A stretch of 64,000 bases of DNA from NCBI GenBank assembly GCA_039096225.1, contig JBBPEB010000006.1, positions 1,054,001 through 1,118,000 of the forward strand. Reading direction: 5' to 3'. Source of the DNA: Blastocystis sp. Blastoise. Taxonomy: Eukaryota; Protista; Bigyra: Opalinata. The notes beneath the pieces are model-generated. The model was not told the origin of the DNA. It saw only the letters and a program-made list of their open reading frames with translations, and did no database searches. Positions 39,701 to 53,440 of the stretch are shown here, in pieces; the first letter of the stretch is position 1; every line of letters begins with the position of its first letter. The translations under genes were made by a program, and so were the position numbers.

Positions 39701-41789
39701 TAAGAATGAGAACAAGAACAGGAATGAAAATAAGAAAATGAATGATACTACAAATTAAAGGAGTAAGGAGGAGAGAAAATATAGAGTAAAAAAAGATATA
39801 GAATAAAAGAGAAGATAGTGAATAGGAGAAGAAGAAGATAAAGTAGAAGAAGAAGTAGATCGAAAAACAGAATAAAGTGAAAAGAAAAGTAGAATGAAAA
39901 TAAGAAAGATAATAGGAATATAAATAAAATGTAGAAGAAGAAATAGAAGCAAAATAAGACGAATTTAGAAAAAAAAAATACATAAAAGTAGAAGAATATG
40001 AAGAATAAGAAATGAGAAACGTACAAATAGAATAATGAGAAATAGACAAGAAAGTAGAAGAAAGGCAAAAAAAGAAGAATCTGGAAACAATAAGAATAAG
40101 AATAAGAATAAGAATAAGAATAAGAAGACTAAAAAGGAGAAATTAAAATAAAATAGAAGGAGAAAAAGGAAGAGATAAAGAAGAATAAGAAGGAAAATAG
40201 GAATAGTAGAATAGAACAGAGATTGAAAAGTATAAAGAAAACAAGAAGAAGAAGGAAAGTAATAAGATGAAGAAATAGAATAAATAATAAGAAACTGAAG
40301 AATACGAATAATGAATATAAGAAGCAGAAGTGAATCAAAAGAATGAGAAATGTAAGAATGATACTAATAATAAGAAGAAGAATAAGATACAGAAGGAAAA
40401 GGAAAAGGAGAAGAATGAAAAAGAAATAAGGCTAAGTAGAATTAGAAGAAAAATACTAATTAAAAAAAAATACTAATTAGAAAAAGAAAATAAAGTTAAA
40501 ATGTATAACTACAAATAGAATAATAGAGAGAAAGATAATGTTAGTAAAATTTATAGAATAAGAAGTAGAAGGAGAATAATAAGAGAAACGATTAGGATTA
40601 AGAAGTAGAAGAAGAGTATGAAAGATAACGAGAATAGGAATAAGAATATGAAATGAACAAGAAATACAATCAGAAGTAGAAGTAGAATGAGGGTGTGAAA
40701 TATAATGTGAATAAGAATAAAAAGCGAAAGGTGAATAAGTAGTAGAAGTTGATTAAGAAGTAGACAGAAAATGGAAAGTAAAATAATAAGGATAATGAAA
40801 TGGAAAAGAAAATAGGAATAACACTAAGAATACGAAATGAAATAGAAAAAGAATAAAAAGATGAAATAGAAGAAGAATCAAAAGAAGACAGGAAAAGAAG
40901 TAGGAGGTGAAGTAGAACGAGAATAAGTGTAAGAATAAGAATAATTGGAGTATTAGAAGATTAAGAAGAAGGAAAATAGGGATGAGAAGTAAGGTAGAAA
41001 TTACAATAGAAAAAAGAAGATAAGTAACTAGAGAAGTAGAAGAAAAACGAAAATATGAATAAAACGATGAAAGAAAAGGAGAAAGTAAATAATGAAAGAA
41101 AAAGAGAAGAAAGAGTATAATAATAAGAAGAAGAAAGAGAAATTGAAATATAAGGAGAAGTTGAATAAGAAGAAAAATGAGAAATATAAGAAGAAGCTGA
41201 ATAAGATAAAGAAGTAAAGCAAGAAGTAAAAAAAAAATGAAAAACTAAAATAAGATTAAGAATATATTGAAAAATAAGAAGAAGTATAACTACAAGCATG
41301 AGAAGAAAAACAAGAATAAGTAAAAGTAGAAGACGGAGAAGAAAATATGAATACGAATATCAGGAAGGATAATAAAAGAAGATATCAACAACAAGGAGAA
41401 CAAGAAGCATCAAGGAAACATAAGTATAGAAGAAGATTAAGGAGAAGAAAAATATGATGTAAAGGTGAAAGAAGAAGAAGAAGAAGTGAAATAAGAAGAA
41501 TAAGAAGAATAGGAAAGAGAAAGATAAGAAGGAGAAGAAGAAAAAGAAGAAGAAGAAGAAGGAGGAGGAGGAGAAGAAGGAGGAGAAGAAGGACATGAAG
41601 GAGGAAGAGAATGACAAGAATGACAAGAAAGTAGGAGAAGTAGGAGAAGTAGGAGAAGTAGAAGAAGTATAAGAATAAGAAAAAGAAGAAAGAGAAAGAA
41701 AATAAGAATAAACCAAGAATAAGCATAATCAGGAAAAAAACAGTAGAAGGTAAGGATAAGTAGAATGAGAATGATTAGAAGTATAAGTA

Positions 41790-41820
<31 letters not shown>

Positions 41821-43400
41821 AAGAAGAAGAAGACAGAGAAGAATATATGGAGCAAGATGAGAATAAAAAGAGGGAGAAGGAGAGGAGCAAAATATGAATA
41901 AGAAGGAGAATAGGAAAGATAGGAAGGATAAGAAGGACAAGAAGGACAAGAAGGACAAGAAGGACAAGAAGGACAAGAAGGACAAGAAGGACAAGAAGGA
42001 CAGGAAGGATATGAAGGATAAGAAGGATAAGAAGGACAAAGAGGAGGAGGAGAAGAAGAAAAATTATAGGAAGAAGAATAAGAAGGAAAAAGAAAAGTAG
42101 GAGAAAAAAGAGGAAAGAGAAAGAGAAGGAAAAGAAGAACAATTATAAGAAGAAGAACAAGAAGGAAAAAAAGAGGAGAAGAAGAAAAATTATAAGAAGA
42201 AGGATAAGAAGGACAAAGAGGATGAGGAGAAGAAGGAGAAGAAGAAGAAGAAGGATAAGAAAGAGAAGAAGAACAAGAAGAAGGAGAAAGAAAAGTAAAA
42301 GTATAAATAGAAGGAGAATAAAGAAAAGGAGATAGAGATGGAGACAAAAAAGTAGACGTAGAAGAATAAAAAAAATAAATAAAAATATAGTTGTAGAAAC
42401 AGAAGTATAAATAGAAGTATAAGAATAGGAAAATGAGAATCATTAGAAGAAGAAAAATGAGAAGAAAAATGAGAAGAAAAATGAGAAGAAGAAGAAGAAT
42501 GAGAAATTGAATATAGAAAAAAAGAAGAAGATGAAAGAGAAAGAGAAAGAGAAAGATAATAGCAAGGAGAAGTATAAGTATAAGAAGAATGAGAAGAATA
42601 AAGTAGTAGAAGCAAAAGCACGAGTAGGAGTAGGAGTAAAAGCAGAACTACAAGTAGATATATAAGCAGAAATATAAGTTGAATAATAAGAAGTATTATT
42701 AGTAGTAGTGTAGCTGTAGAAATAGAAGAAAAAATAAAAGAGTAAGTAGTAGTAGAAGAAATATGAGTAGAAGTACAAGTAGGAATAGAAGAATGAAGGA
42801 AAGAAGGAAAGAAGGAAGAAGCTAAAGGAGAAGAATTGCAAGGAGAATAAGGAAAAAAAAAAGGAACAAAATGGAATGGAAATGATAACGAGAGAAAAAA
42901 GAAAAGAAGAAGAAAAACAATAAGAATAAGAAGATGTAGAAGGATAATAAAAGAAGAAAAAACAATAATAATGAGAACAAGAAGTAAATCTATAATGAGA
43001 AGGAGAAGTGGAAAGGAAGTATAGTAGAGAAGAAGAATAATGAAAAGTAAAATAAGATGTAAAGGTGAAAGAAGCATAAGAAGAAGTAAAGTAGAAGAAA
43101 AAGAAGAATCATGAAAGGATAAGAAGAATGAAGAATAATGAAAAGGATAGGGATAAGAAGTATAATGAGAAGGACGAAGAAGTAATAGTAGAATTTGTGA
43201 AGAGGTAACAGTAAAGAAAAGAAAAATTAATACTATACGTAAAAAAAGAAAAACTAGAGTAAGATGTACAGTAGAATTAAGAATGAAAAATTAACAATAA
43301 AGAATGAAGAATTAAGATTAAGAATTAAGAATGAAGATTAAGAATTAAGAATGAAGAATAAAGAATAAAAATGAAGAATGAAGAATGAAGAATGAATAGT
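36580..43400. repeat. ~6.8-kb purine-rich (GAA/AGTAGA/GACAAGAAG) low-complexity tract with internal duplications
   Basis: The plus strand is dominated by A/G. (AGTAGA)n lies at ~37807-37950, and blocks recur at ~37160/37467/41700 and ~37625/38215. Confidence 0.9.
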
Positions 43401-43667
43401 AGATTAAGAAAGGAATGTGCTAGAGAGAAGCGACTGTAGATCTGTCAAATAATTAAAATAATTAAAAGAATAAAAATAACTTCCATAATAGACTAATATA
43501 ATATGTAATAAACTTGCTGTTTTGTGAGAATTATTAAATAATACTAAAAGTCTAAAAAATATATAATATTATAAAAATAGAATAATAATAATATTATAAA
43601 GATAAAAAATAACATATATATTAATAGTCAGTGTAAACAAGCTAAATATATTATTAAATACATATAT

Positions 43668-44979
43668 ACCTTAATAAAGACTTGAATCATTGCAATCTGA
43701 TTCCCAGGTTGTATTTGAATACGCTAAGATTCTATAGATAAATACGTAGAATAAATTAATAAAATTAAATAGAGTATATATATATTAAAAGATAAACAAG
43801 ATAGAAAAATAGAAAGCAATTCAATTGTAAAAAAAAATATAAATGAAAATAAAATAAATATGTTATAGAGATAATATGAATGTATTGATAATATAGAAAT
43901 AAAATAGATATAACAAAGAATAAACAAAATGAGAAAATGTAAAATAATTATATACCTTAGATTCATTAGTATTGTTTACCAAGACCTTTAGAGTTGATTT
44001 GAAACCATATGAAGCTTTTTCTGAATATCTAAACAATAAGTAACCAATTGATCAACTAATTACTATATAAAATTAAATATTTGAAGAGAGTAAACTATAT
44101 AACATATATATTTATGACTAGAAAACATACATAGATTCATTTTATATGTCTATAATGACAATATATGAAATAAAACAATATTTGAGTTTCAAGAAATAAT
44201 CATTCTGAGGATGGGAACAGGGATAAAACAGCCTAAATAGCGGAATCAACCTCTTTGATAAAAACTGTTTTGTGATTCAGTGAACAAGTTTTAAAAATAA
44301 TTTCTAGAGATTCAAAGTATGGGATAAAAAGTCTTCTTTGATATGGTCCCTATTCTTAAATTTTTTTAGAATTACTTCAATCCGTGAAAGTCTTATTCAG
44401 CATCAGCTTAAATGAACTGCTGAAAGAAGTATATTTTTTAAATATTAGTATATGGATTATTTAATTATTTAGAAGGTTATTTTATACTTTATATTTATAT
44501 TATATTTTTATATGTATATTATTATAGATTAGGAATGAAATGAGCACAGATAATGGACCAATTGGTGATTCGTTTATTCTGGTATATGTTAATTTTATCT
44601 AATATTATTCATATAGGCTGAAGAGACTAGTTTGAAGAGCCTGTAAACGTTAGAAATTCATATTGGAAGAAGTTCCATTTGTCAACATTTCTTCACTGGA
44701 AGTCTTGATCAAATATGTTTAAGTGGTATGTTATTTTATATATATTTATCTATCTTATAATTATATAGTGAAGAGTTTGAATCAAAACAAAATGAATTAC
44801 ATTTTTCAGAAGATGTTGATATATTGGATGTTTTTTAAATTTATTCAACCTTGTTATTGTCTTTTAAGTTTATAACTATATTATTTATAATGTATATTAT
44901 CTACATATATATAGAAATGGTGAATGATTATCTATTTGAGTTCTTTTCTTTTCTTATTCAGCACCATCATTGAGTACTT

Positions 44980-45017
<38 letters not shown>

Positions 45018-45696
45018 TAATTATTATATCTTCTATAGATACAAGCAGAAAATAAATGATGATTATGTATCACAATTCTAAAAATAATATAAATCAGTTA
45101 AAAGTATATATTTATTTTATTTTATTTATTGTTAGCTAAATATAATAATTTATAATTGTTTAATATATGTATATTATATATGTATATATTATTTATTATC
45201 GTTTTTATTCTATTATATATATATATATAATATTATTCTTCATTTATTATTATATATAGATGAGATAATAATTAATTCGACTATCTCCTCATTATACACA
45301 CATTGTATATATATATCTACATATATTCTAATAATTTTTGTATATATTATTGTATTAATATATATATATATATATATAATATTATTGATTATACTATATG
45401 AACACTATCTTCTTATCAATACAATTAATATTTATATATATTTTTATCAATATATGCATATTTCCTATTAACTTTTTTTATAATCTATTTAAAAATTTTG
45501 TATATAACATTTTATTACTATTATATATTCACTATTTGTTCTTATAATATATTATTTAATATGTTATATATATATATATATATAGTACTATCATATTTAT
45601 TATAAGTCTATTTCTCCTTAATCGATATTACTACATAATTTATATAATAAGATGTATATATATTCTTTTCTTTTCTGTTATTCTTTTTATTCTTTT

Positions 45697-45732
<36 letters not shown>

Positions 45733-47149
45733 ATTACTTTTTTTATTTATTTATTATTTATATATAAATAGTTATTGTGGTATACAAGATTAGTGGCTAT
45801 TATGTATCTATATTATTCCGTATAAATTTTATTAACATATACATATATTTATATTTATATATATATATATGTATAGTATTCTATTCTGAGTTATGTACAT
45901 CATTTTTTATTATATATAAATAAGGTATATAGTTTTATATATATTTTTATATTAAATTATAATCCCCTCTAGATAATTTATTTTATTGTTTTATAATTCA
46001 TATAATTATTATTATTATTAATATTTATTATATATTCATCCTATATGTATAAATATATTTAATAACTATCACATTATATGTGTTTATTTTTATTTATTTA
46101 GTTTTATAAGTTATATATATATATATATATACTTAGAGATATATGTATATAAATTATTATTATGTATTATTTATTTTTATTATATTATTACCATAATATG
46201 TCTATTTGCTTACATATGTATATATAGTTGTTTTATTTCATATTCAAACGTTGCTTTAGTGAACAAATATATATATTTATATATGATATTATAGAATTAT
46301 TTTGTATTCATTATATATATATATATATTATGCATTAATTTTTACATGTTTGTTATATTTAATATATATATATATGTAATTATTTTATATCCATATATAT
46401 ACATATATATATATAGATATCATTGATATTAATATTCAAAGTATATATATATAAACATATATAGACTTATATATAGTATTTTATATGTATTCATATTATA
46501 ATATATTATGTATAGTTAAATAGTTATATGTAAGTCATCCTTTTATGTTTCTTATGAATTTATATAAATATAGTTCTTTAATTCTGAATATGTATATATT
46601 ATTATATATATCATCTTATTCTATATATATTATGTATTTTTTATTTAATATAAAAGATAATATTTTGTGTATTTAATATTTTATATCAATTATTCTTCTA
46701 TTTAACTCTTTTATATCATTTATCTTTCTACAACTTTATTATTTATTATCTTTTTTAAATACCATTTACCATATAGTTTATTATACGTACATATAGTAAT
46801 AGTCATAGCGCTTCTTTATGTATGTTTTATTCAATTATGTTAGTATATGTATTGTGGTATATATGTATATTAATTGTCGTTTATTTATATATCGTTTTGT
46901 ATTTATTTTGAAATAAAGATTATATACATATAGTTATTATGTATATATATATATATATATATATATAACATTATTGATGTGAGCAATTTATTTTTCGTAA
47001 TATATATTAAGTCTACTTCTCTTATATATAAATATATCTAATAATTTACTATATGTTTTCCAACTTTATATATATATATATGTATTTACTATTTTCTATT
47101 ATTATTATATATATATTGCTAATGAAATTAAGATATTGTCCAGGTAAGA

Positions 47150-47180
<31 letters not shown>

Positions 47181-47593
47181 TTGTTTTTATTCTTATAAGT
47201 ATTATGTTCTTATATTATATTTAGATATGTTTTTTTCTTTTTGTTATTTTTTTTTTAATTATACTGTAAATATAAATACATAACTTTCTACTCTGCTTAT
47301 TACTTCTTTTATAGTATATATCTATATTTCTTTCTATAAATATGTCATTCATCTATATGCTATTATATATATTTTAGAATCCAAGCTCCTAATAGAAACT
47401 ACTATAATTAATGATGATACAACCTTTTTGGTATATACATATTTATACTATTATTAGTTTTTTATAACTTATTATGTAATATTTTATTAATATTTTAACC
47501 AAATTTATTTATATATTATTATTCATTTTCTTTATTCTCTAACTATTTATAGAACATATCCTTAGCTTGTCTCCTATGTATATATGGCTTTAA

Positions 47594-47624
<31 letters not shown>

Positions 47625-47731
47625 TCTCTTTTTATATCTCTGATACATTATACTTATCACATATTAATAGTTATCTTTTATTATAAGGTTTTTATTATAT
47701 AGATTATTATTAATAGGTATAATGGAGTATT

Positions 47732-47763
<32 letters not shown>

Positions 47764-47838
47764 TATAATTATATAATTATATTTTGGGTTTTTGTCTGTT
47801 AAACATATATACATGGTTATATTCAAATAATTAATATT
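43668..47838. other. Divergent pair of spliced, apparently non-coding or decayed units around ~44200-44400
   Basis: Minus-strand GT/AG-bounded exons near 43669-43723 and 43955-44027 point into the purine tract. Plus-strand GT/AG-bounded exons from ~44470 contain stop codons and lead towards the cloverleaf at 47839. Confidence 0.4.
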
Positions 47839-47906
47839 CCTTAGACTGAATATGGTTAGTAGCAATCATTAATAGATTGTTATCAGGTTCAATTCCTGAT
47901 CTAGGG
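47839..47906 (+). ncRNA. tRNA-like cloverleaf, copy 6 (divergent)
   Basis: CCTTAGA|CTGA-atatgg-TTAG|TAGCAATC-attaata-GATTGTTA|TCAGG-ttcaatt-CCTGA|TCTAGGG; fully paired with three G-U pairs. Confidence 0.82.
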
Positions 47907-49426
47907 TCATATATTATATTTTTTATAAAAAAATTTAAATATTTTTCTCTATAGATATTCTCATTCATTAGAACCAGTATGAAAGGGTATATTGAGTTTC
48001 ATGTAATTAAATAAACTCTATACATTGCTAGTCGCTCTTCTATATTGTTTTTAAATACCTTTACTTAAAACCAAACACATTCACAATTACATTCACCTAT
48101 AATTTTCTATTCAATAATTTATTTTGTTAATCATTCTTCTAATCAATTCTACACACAAATAAAAAATAAATATTCATCAATAACACCTTGAAGTCTATAA
48201 ACACGCAATGCATTCTTTGTCTATACTCTTAAAAAGCATTTCTACTGTTTATATTAACATGATTGACACTTAAAGTCATTTGTAACATTTATAAACTACT
48301 TTCAAAACTTTTAAAGAACCTTGACAAATCTACATTACCTAGAAAACTATTATAATTAACTTTAGTTTATATAGGTCATAATTAAATTCAAATTACTAAT
48401 AGAAAATTAAAATAACGACATTCTAACTCAATATATCAACTAGAAAAATCAATTGTGTTTGTAACTTCTCTAAAATTGAATTAATTAGTGAAATATGTAT
48501 TTAAATTAATGTTGAATTCAAATTTAAACACACACAAACTCACCTTTTCTGACAGTTCTACACATTTAGGCAATCTAGTGACTATCACATAATCGACTAA
48601 TTTTTGTTGTCTTCATCAAGCCTAACTATTTCCTCATGACCATAACCATTAATTTCATTTTATTCAACACTCTATAAATAATTAATCAATTTACTAATTT
48701 TATTTACATAATTACATACTCCATCAACAACAAGAAGACATCAGGAGTAAGAATAACTGTTTAAAGTATTTAAATAAAATAATAAATAATTAAAAGTAGA
48801 AATATTTAGATTTCAATAAAATTTAATAAGTTAATTTATAGTGAAGTTTCAATAATCATATAAAAAATATGATTAATTTAGTTTTTGTATGTTTTAAGTA
48901 TATATCTATCTATATATAGGACCTAGGAGTATAGTAGAGTACCTTGCGGTCTCCATTGGCAGATTGATCTGTTGTGCTATGTTCTCTTTCTCTATGGTGA
49001 GCTTCTCTAAGTGGTACATAGTGGTTGAGTTAGATGGTCAGCTATTGTATTGTTGTTTAAATTGGATGATGTGACGTCACCATACAAAACTATTTCTTTA
49101 GGCTTTCTCACTGAGTAGCAATTGGTGGGTTATATTAACTGAGCGTGGTTTGAAACTTTAAAAAAAAAATTACTTAATTGGATAAACAGATTGGTCTTAA
49201 ATTGCAGAGAAGCATGGATCTCTTCACTTAATCACTACCTATAACACTCAAATGCTTATAATTAGAGTTAATTTGTATTAGTCATATTCAGATTCTAGAT
49301 GTATATATTTTCTGCATTTATTTTCTTTATAATTATAATTATAATATTATATAGATATTTATATAGGTTATTATATAGTTATTAAGCCTAGTTCTTGTTC
49401 TTCTTGTCACTAACTTCTTGTTTTTT

Positions 49427-49471
<45 letters not shown>

Positions 49472-49639
49472 GACTTTTTTTATTTTGCTTATATATTGTT
49501 ATTTTCTTTATTATTAAGAATAAATTTTGTTCATATTTATTATTAGTTTTATTCAATATATTTATTGACTTTGTTCTATTCTTCTCTTTTTTTATTCTTA
49601 TATATATATATATATATATAGAGGCAAAACTTTTATATA

Positions 49640-51910
49640 TTTGTTTTTCTTCATTCTTATTTTCTCCTCTTGTCCTCTATTGGCCTTGTTCTCCTCTTCT
49701 CTCTTCCATTCATCTACTCTCTAGTTTTTACTCATTTTTATTCTTATACTCTTATGTTATATAGAACAGTTATTGTTTTTCTTAATATTACTTTATAGTA
49801 TGTTTTATTTCATGTTCTTCTATTCTATATTCTAGTTTTTCCTTCACTTTCTTCTTTCCTCCATAATTATTACTGGTTCTTCTTCTCCTATCATTACATA
49901 CTCTCTTCATTTCAATCTCTTTATCATGATCGTCTTCTTTTTCATTTCCTTCAACTCTTCCTTTTCCTACTCTTCTTCTTTATTTCCTTCTATATTATTA
50001 CTTCTTTTTCTCATCTTCTTCCAATTATACTTTCCTTATTCTTTATTCCTTTTGATTCTCATCTACACATTGTTTCTATTTTCCTTCTTCTTCTATATAT
50101 CCTTATTTTTTGTCTCCTTGTTCATTCCTTTTTCGTTCTTTTTCATCTATTTATCCTTCTTCTATTTATTTTAATTCTGAATCACCTTCTCTCTATCTCT
50201 TTCTGTTTCTTCTTCTTCTATTTGATCTTATTTTTCTTCTTCTCTTCTTCTTCTCTTTCTATACATTCTTCTCTATATATTGTTTTTCTCTCTATCTTCT
50301 TCATCTGTATTTTCTCTTCTATTTATCCTTATTCTTATTCTACATTTTCTCCATATCATTCTCCTCCTATATCTTATGTACCTCCTTTATCTTCTTCTTC
50401 TTCGTCTATGTCTTCTATTTATTCTTCTTCACCTTTTTTCTTCTTCTATATATATATTCTACTTATTCTTCTCTATCCTTGTCTATATATCTTTCTTCTA
50501 TATTTTCTGCTTCTACTTCTTCTTCTATATCTTCTATTTATCATTATTTTCCAACATATTTTTCTATGGTACTTCTTCTTTTCTCTTCCTTCTCCTTCTT
50601 TTCTATATCTTCTGTTTATCTTATTCTTCGTCTATATATAATTATTCTCCTTATTCTTCTTCTTTATATATATATTCTTCTTTTTCGATATATTCTTTTT
50701 TTTCTTTTCGTTCTTTTCCTTGTTCTCCTTCTCAATCTCCTTCTCTTCATTGATATCCTTCTTCTTCTTCTTCTTCTATTCATCTTTTTCTCCTTCTTCT
50801 TCTCCTTCTCCTTCTCCTTCTTCTATTCATATTTCTTCTTCTTCTTCTTCATTTAATCCTTTTCTCCTCCTCTGTTTTCTTCTTCTTCTATTCATCTTCA
50901 TCTCCTTCTTCTTCTCCTTCTTCTTCTATTCATCATCATCTTCTTCTTCTCTTTCTCATTCTACTTCTTCTTCTTCTTCTCTTTCTCTTTCATCATCATC
51001 TTCTTCTTCTTCTTCTTCTTCTTCTTCTATTCATCATCTTCTTCTTCTTCTCTTTCTCTTTCTTCTTCTTCTTCTAGTCATCATCATCTTCTTCTTCTTC
51101 TATTCATCTTTCTTCTTGTTCTTCATTTAATCCTTCTTCTTCTTCATTTAATGCTTCTTCTCCTCCTCTGTCTTCTTCTTCTATTTATCCTTCTTCTCTT
51201 TCTATTCTCCTATATATCCTTTATCTCCTGTTTTTCCTTCTCAATCTCCTTCTCTATATCTCTTTCTTTTTCTTCTATTTATCCTTTTTCCACTTTTTCT
51301 ATATCTTTCTATATCTTTATATCATTCCTCGCCTTCTTCTTCAGCATCTTCTTTTTAAATCTTATAATTATTTTCTCTTTTCTGTTTTTCTCATTTTATT
51401 TTTTTCATCTATTTTTCTATATCTTATTATTTTCAATATTTATTATACAGAATATTATTTATATTTAATGTTTTTCACTTTCATACTCTTTTTCTAATAT
51501 TATATTTTATCATTCTCCGATATCTTCACTTGTTCTTCTTATGTGTATTCTCCTCATATTTTTATTTCTTTTCTAATAGATTTTCCTTTATAGTTCTTCT
51601 AACTCTTCTCTACCTTCTTTCTTCTTTTTCTCTTCTACATGATTTTCTATTCTCCATCTTTCTTTTTTCTTTTTTATCTTCTTATCTTATTATCTATATG
51701 TGCTTCCTCTTCCTCTAATTCTTCTTTATACATATAAATTCTTTTCGCTATTTATCATTCTAATTATTTCCTTATTCTCATTTAATTAATATTATTCTTC
51801 TTCTTAATTTATTTTCTCTTATTCTTCTTATTCTTGTCTTTAATTTTTTTCTATACACAGTTCCTGTCTTTTATTATCTTTTATATCTATATATCTATTT
51901 TCTCTTCATA
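49640..51910. repeat. Pyrimidine-rich (TTC/TCT) low-complexity tract
   Basis: The plus strand is dominated by C/T; the tract lies ~220 bp 5' of cloverleaf copy 7. Confidence 0.9.
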
Positions 51911-52054
51911 TTTTAATTATTTCTATCTGTTATACTTATTAATCTAATATTTTTTTTATTAATAAAAAGATTTTTCAATTTTTATTTCTTATTTATACTT
52001 ATTATTTCATTAATTTATATACTACTTATTTATATATTTATTTTATATATTTTA

Positions 52055-52087
<33 letters not shown>

Positions 52088-52128
52088 ATATTATGTATTT
52101 TAATATTATTATCATTATTATTATTACT

Positions 52129-52194
52129 CTTATGCTCTAGAAGGTGAGAGGCTATCATAATTAGATAGCAATCAGGTTCAACTCCTGACATAAG
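52129..52194 (+). ncRNA. tRNA-like cloverleaf, copy 7
   Basis: CTTATG|CTCT-agaaggtg-AGAG|GCTATC-ataatta-GATAGC|aa|TCAGG-ttcaact-CCTGA|CATAAG. Confidence 0.78.
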
Positions 52195-53440
52195 TCATTC
52201 CTTATATATATATATATATATTTTTATTTAATAATAGTTTTAATTATATGTTCTTTTTACACTTATGAATGCATTTATTAAATTATTTATAGCTCTTTAT
52301 CCTTTAAAACTCCATAGTTTCTGAAATGAGTTATAATCTGCTTTATTCTCAACAGTGTAGATGATTGAAAATATGTTAGTATTGAGTCAGCTATAATTTA
52401 AATACGGGAATAATCATTTTATTTTAAAAATGAACTCAAATACAGAGTATATTCAGCAATCATTAATTCTTTAAGCACGTAAACATAATATTATAAGCTG
52501 ATTTCTTGTCAGTACAATTAATTTAGGTAATTAAACATAATGCTTACATATTCATAACTTTTTAACAATATTTTACATTTCGACATTTACTTGATACAGA
52601 ACAATATCTCCTCTCCTTTTGATGAAATATAGATGAATGTCTCTAACACATGTAAAAGTTAATATTATTTTGAATCTCAGTCTATTAAATGAATTATTGC
52701 AAAAAATCTAAAAAATAGGCTTTAAGGGTGTACTTAACGGATTTCATATAAATATTTACATTAATCACTCATAATGAAGTACTAATAACTGCATAATTAC
52801 AAATATGTATTTAATTTCAATATTCTCTTGGTCTTCAAAAGTTGTTATATGAGTTTGAAATTTTGTATATTGACTCATTTTATTAAATTAAAAAGGACAA
52901 TAGATATAAAATTATACCATAAAAGAAATATTTAAATCTATTCTCATTATAAATTCTAATATTGATTGAATTTCATTATTATTGCATATTTTGTAATAAA
53001 CTATGCAGTCTATTGTTTCAAAAGTATATAATCTACCTTTTAACGGGCTATTGAAAAATCGAATGTATAATTCTATTCTAAAAGATAAATTTATCTATTA
53101 TACAGAATATATTGACATATTATGTTTCATCCAAATGGATACAAATCATTTATTTATATTAAATAAAATAAAAAATAAAAAATGAAAAAATAAAAAATTA
53201 ATTCTCATGAATAATAAAGAAAAAGAAATGTAGAGCTTCAAAAGAATATAAGATAACAAATGATTGGATAATAAATTCAGAACCTAACAGCACAAAGCGA
53301 CATATTTATCACTTATGCAAAAATAAAAGACATACTTCTCAGAAGTAGACGTATTTAGGACATATTTATCATTTTCTCATACTATTATTGTAACACAACT
53401 TGACTATGACAACCCTTCTCATTCTAATAATGATCAGATT

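Noticed and set aside
47901-47910. CTAGGGTCAT identical to the reverse-complemented family-A terminus at 30381
   Set aside because: No GC hairpin follows, and the first six bases are explained as the cloverleaf acceptor strand; probably coincidence.
2790-51718. Dozens of long Phe/Leu/Ile/Tyr/Ser-rich ORFs in the track (2.8-3.7 kb, 30.4-31.1 kb, 36.8-43.1 kb, 49.9-51.7 kb)
   Set aside because: They overlap in several frames and arise from stop-poor simple repeats; they are not credible membrane proteins.
52129-52194. Calling the cloverleaves genuine tRNA genes (e.g. Ile-AAT from the loop ATAATTA)
   Set aside because: The 8-9 connector is missing, the third arm is 6-9 bp, and loop length and sequence differ among copies, so there is no conserved anticodon.
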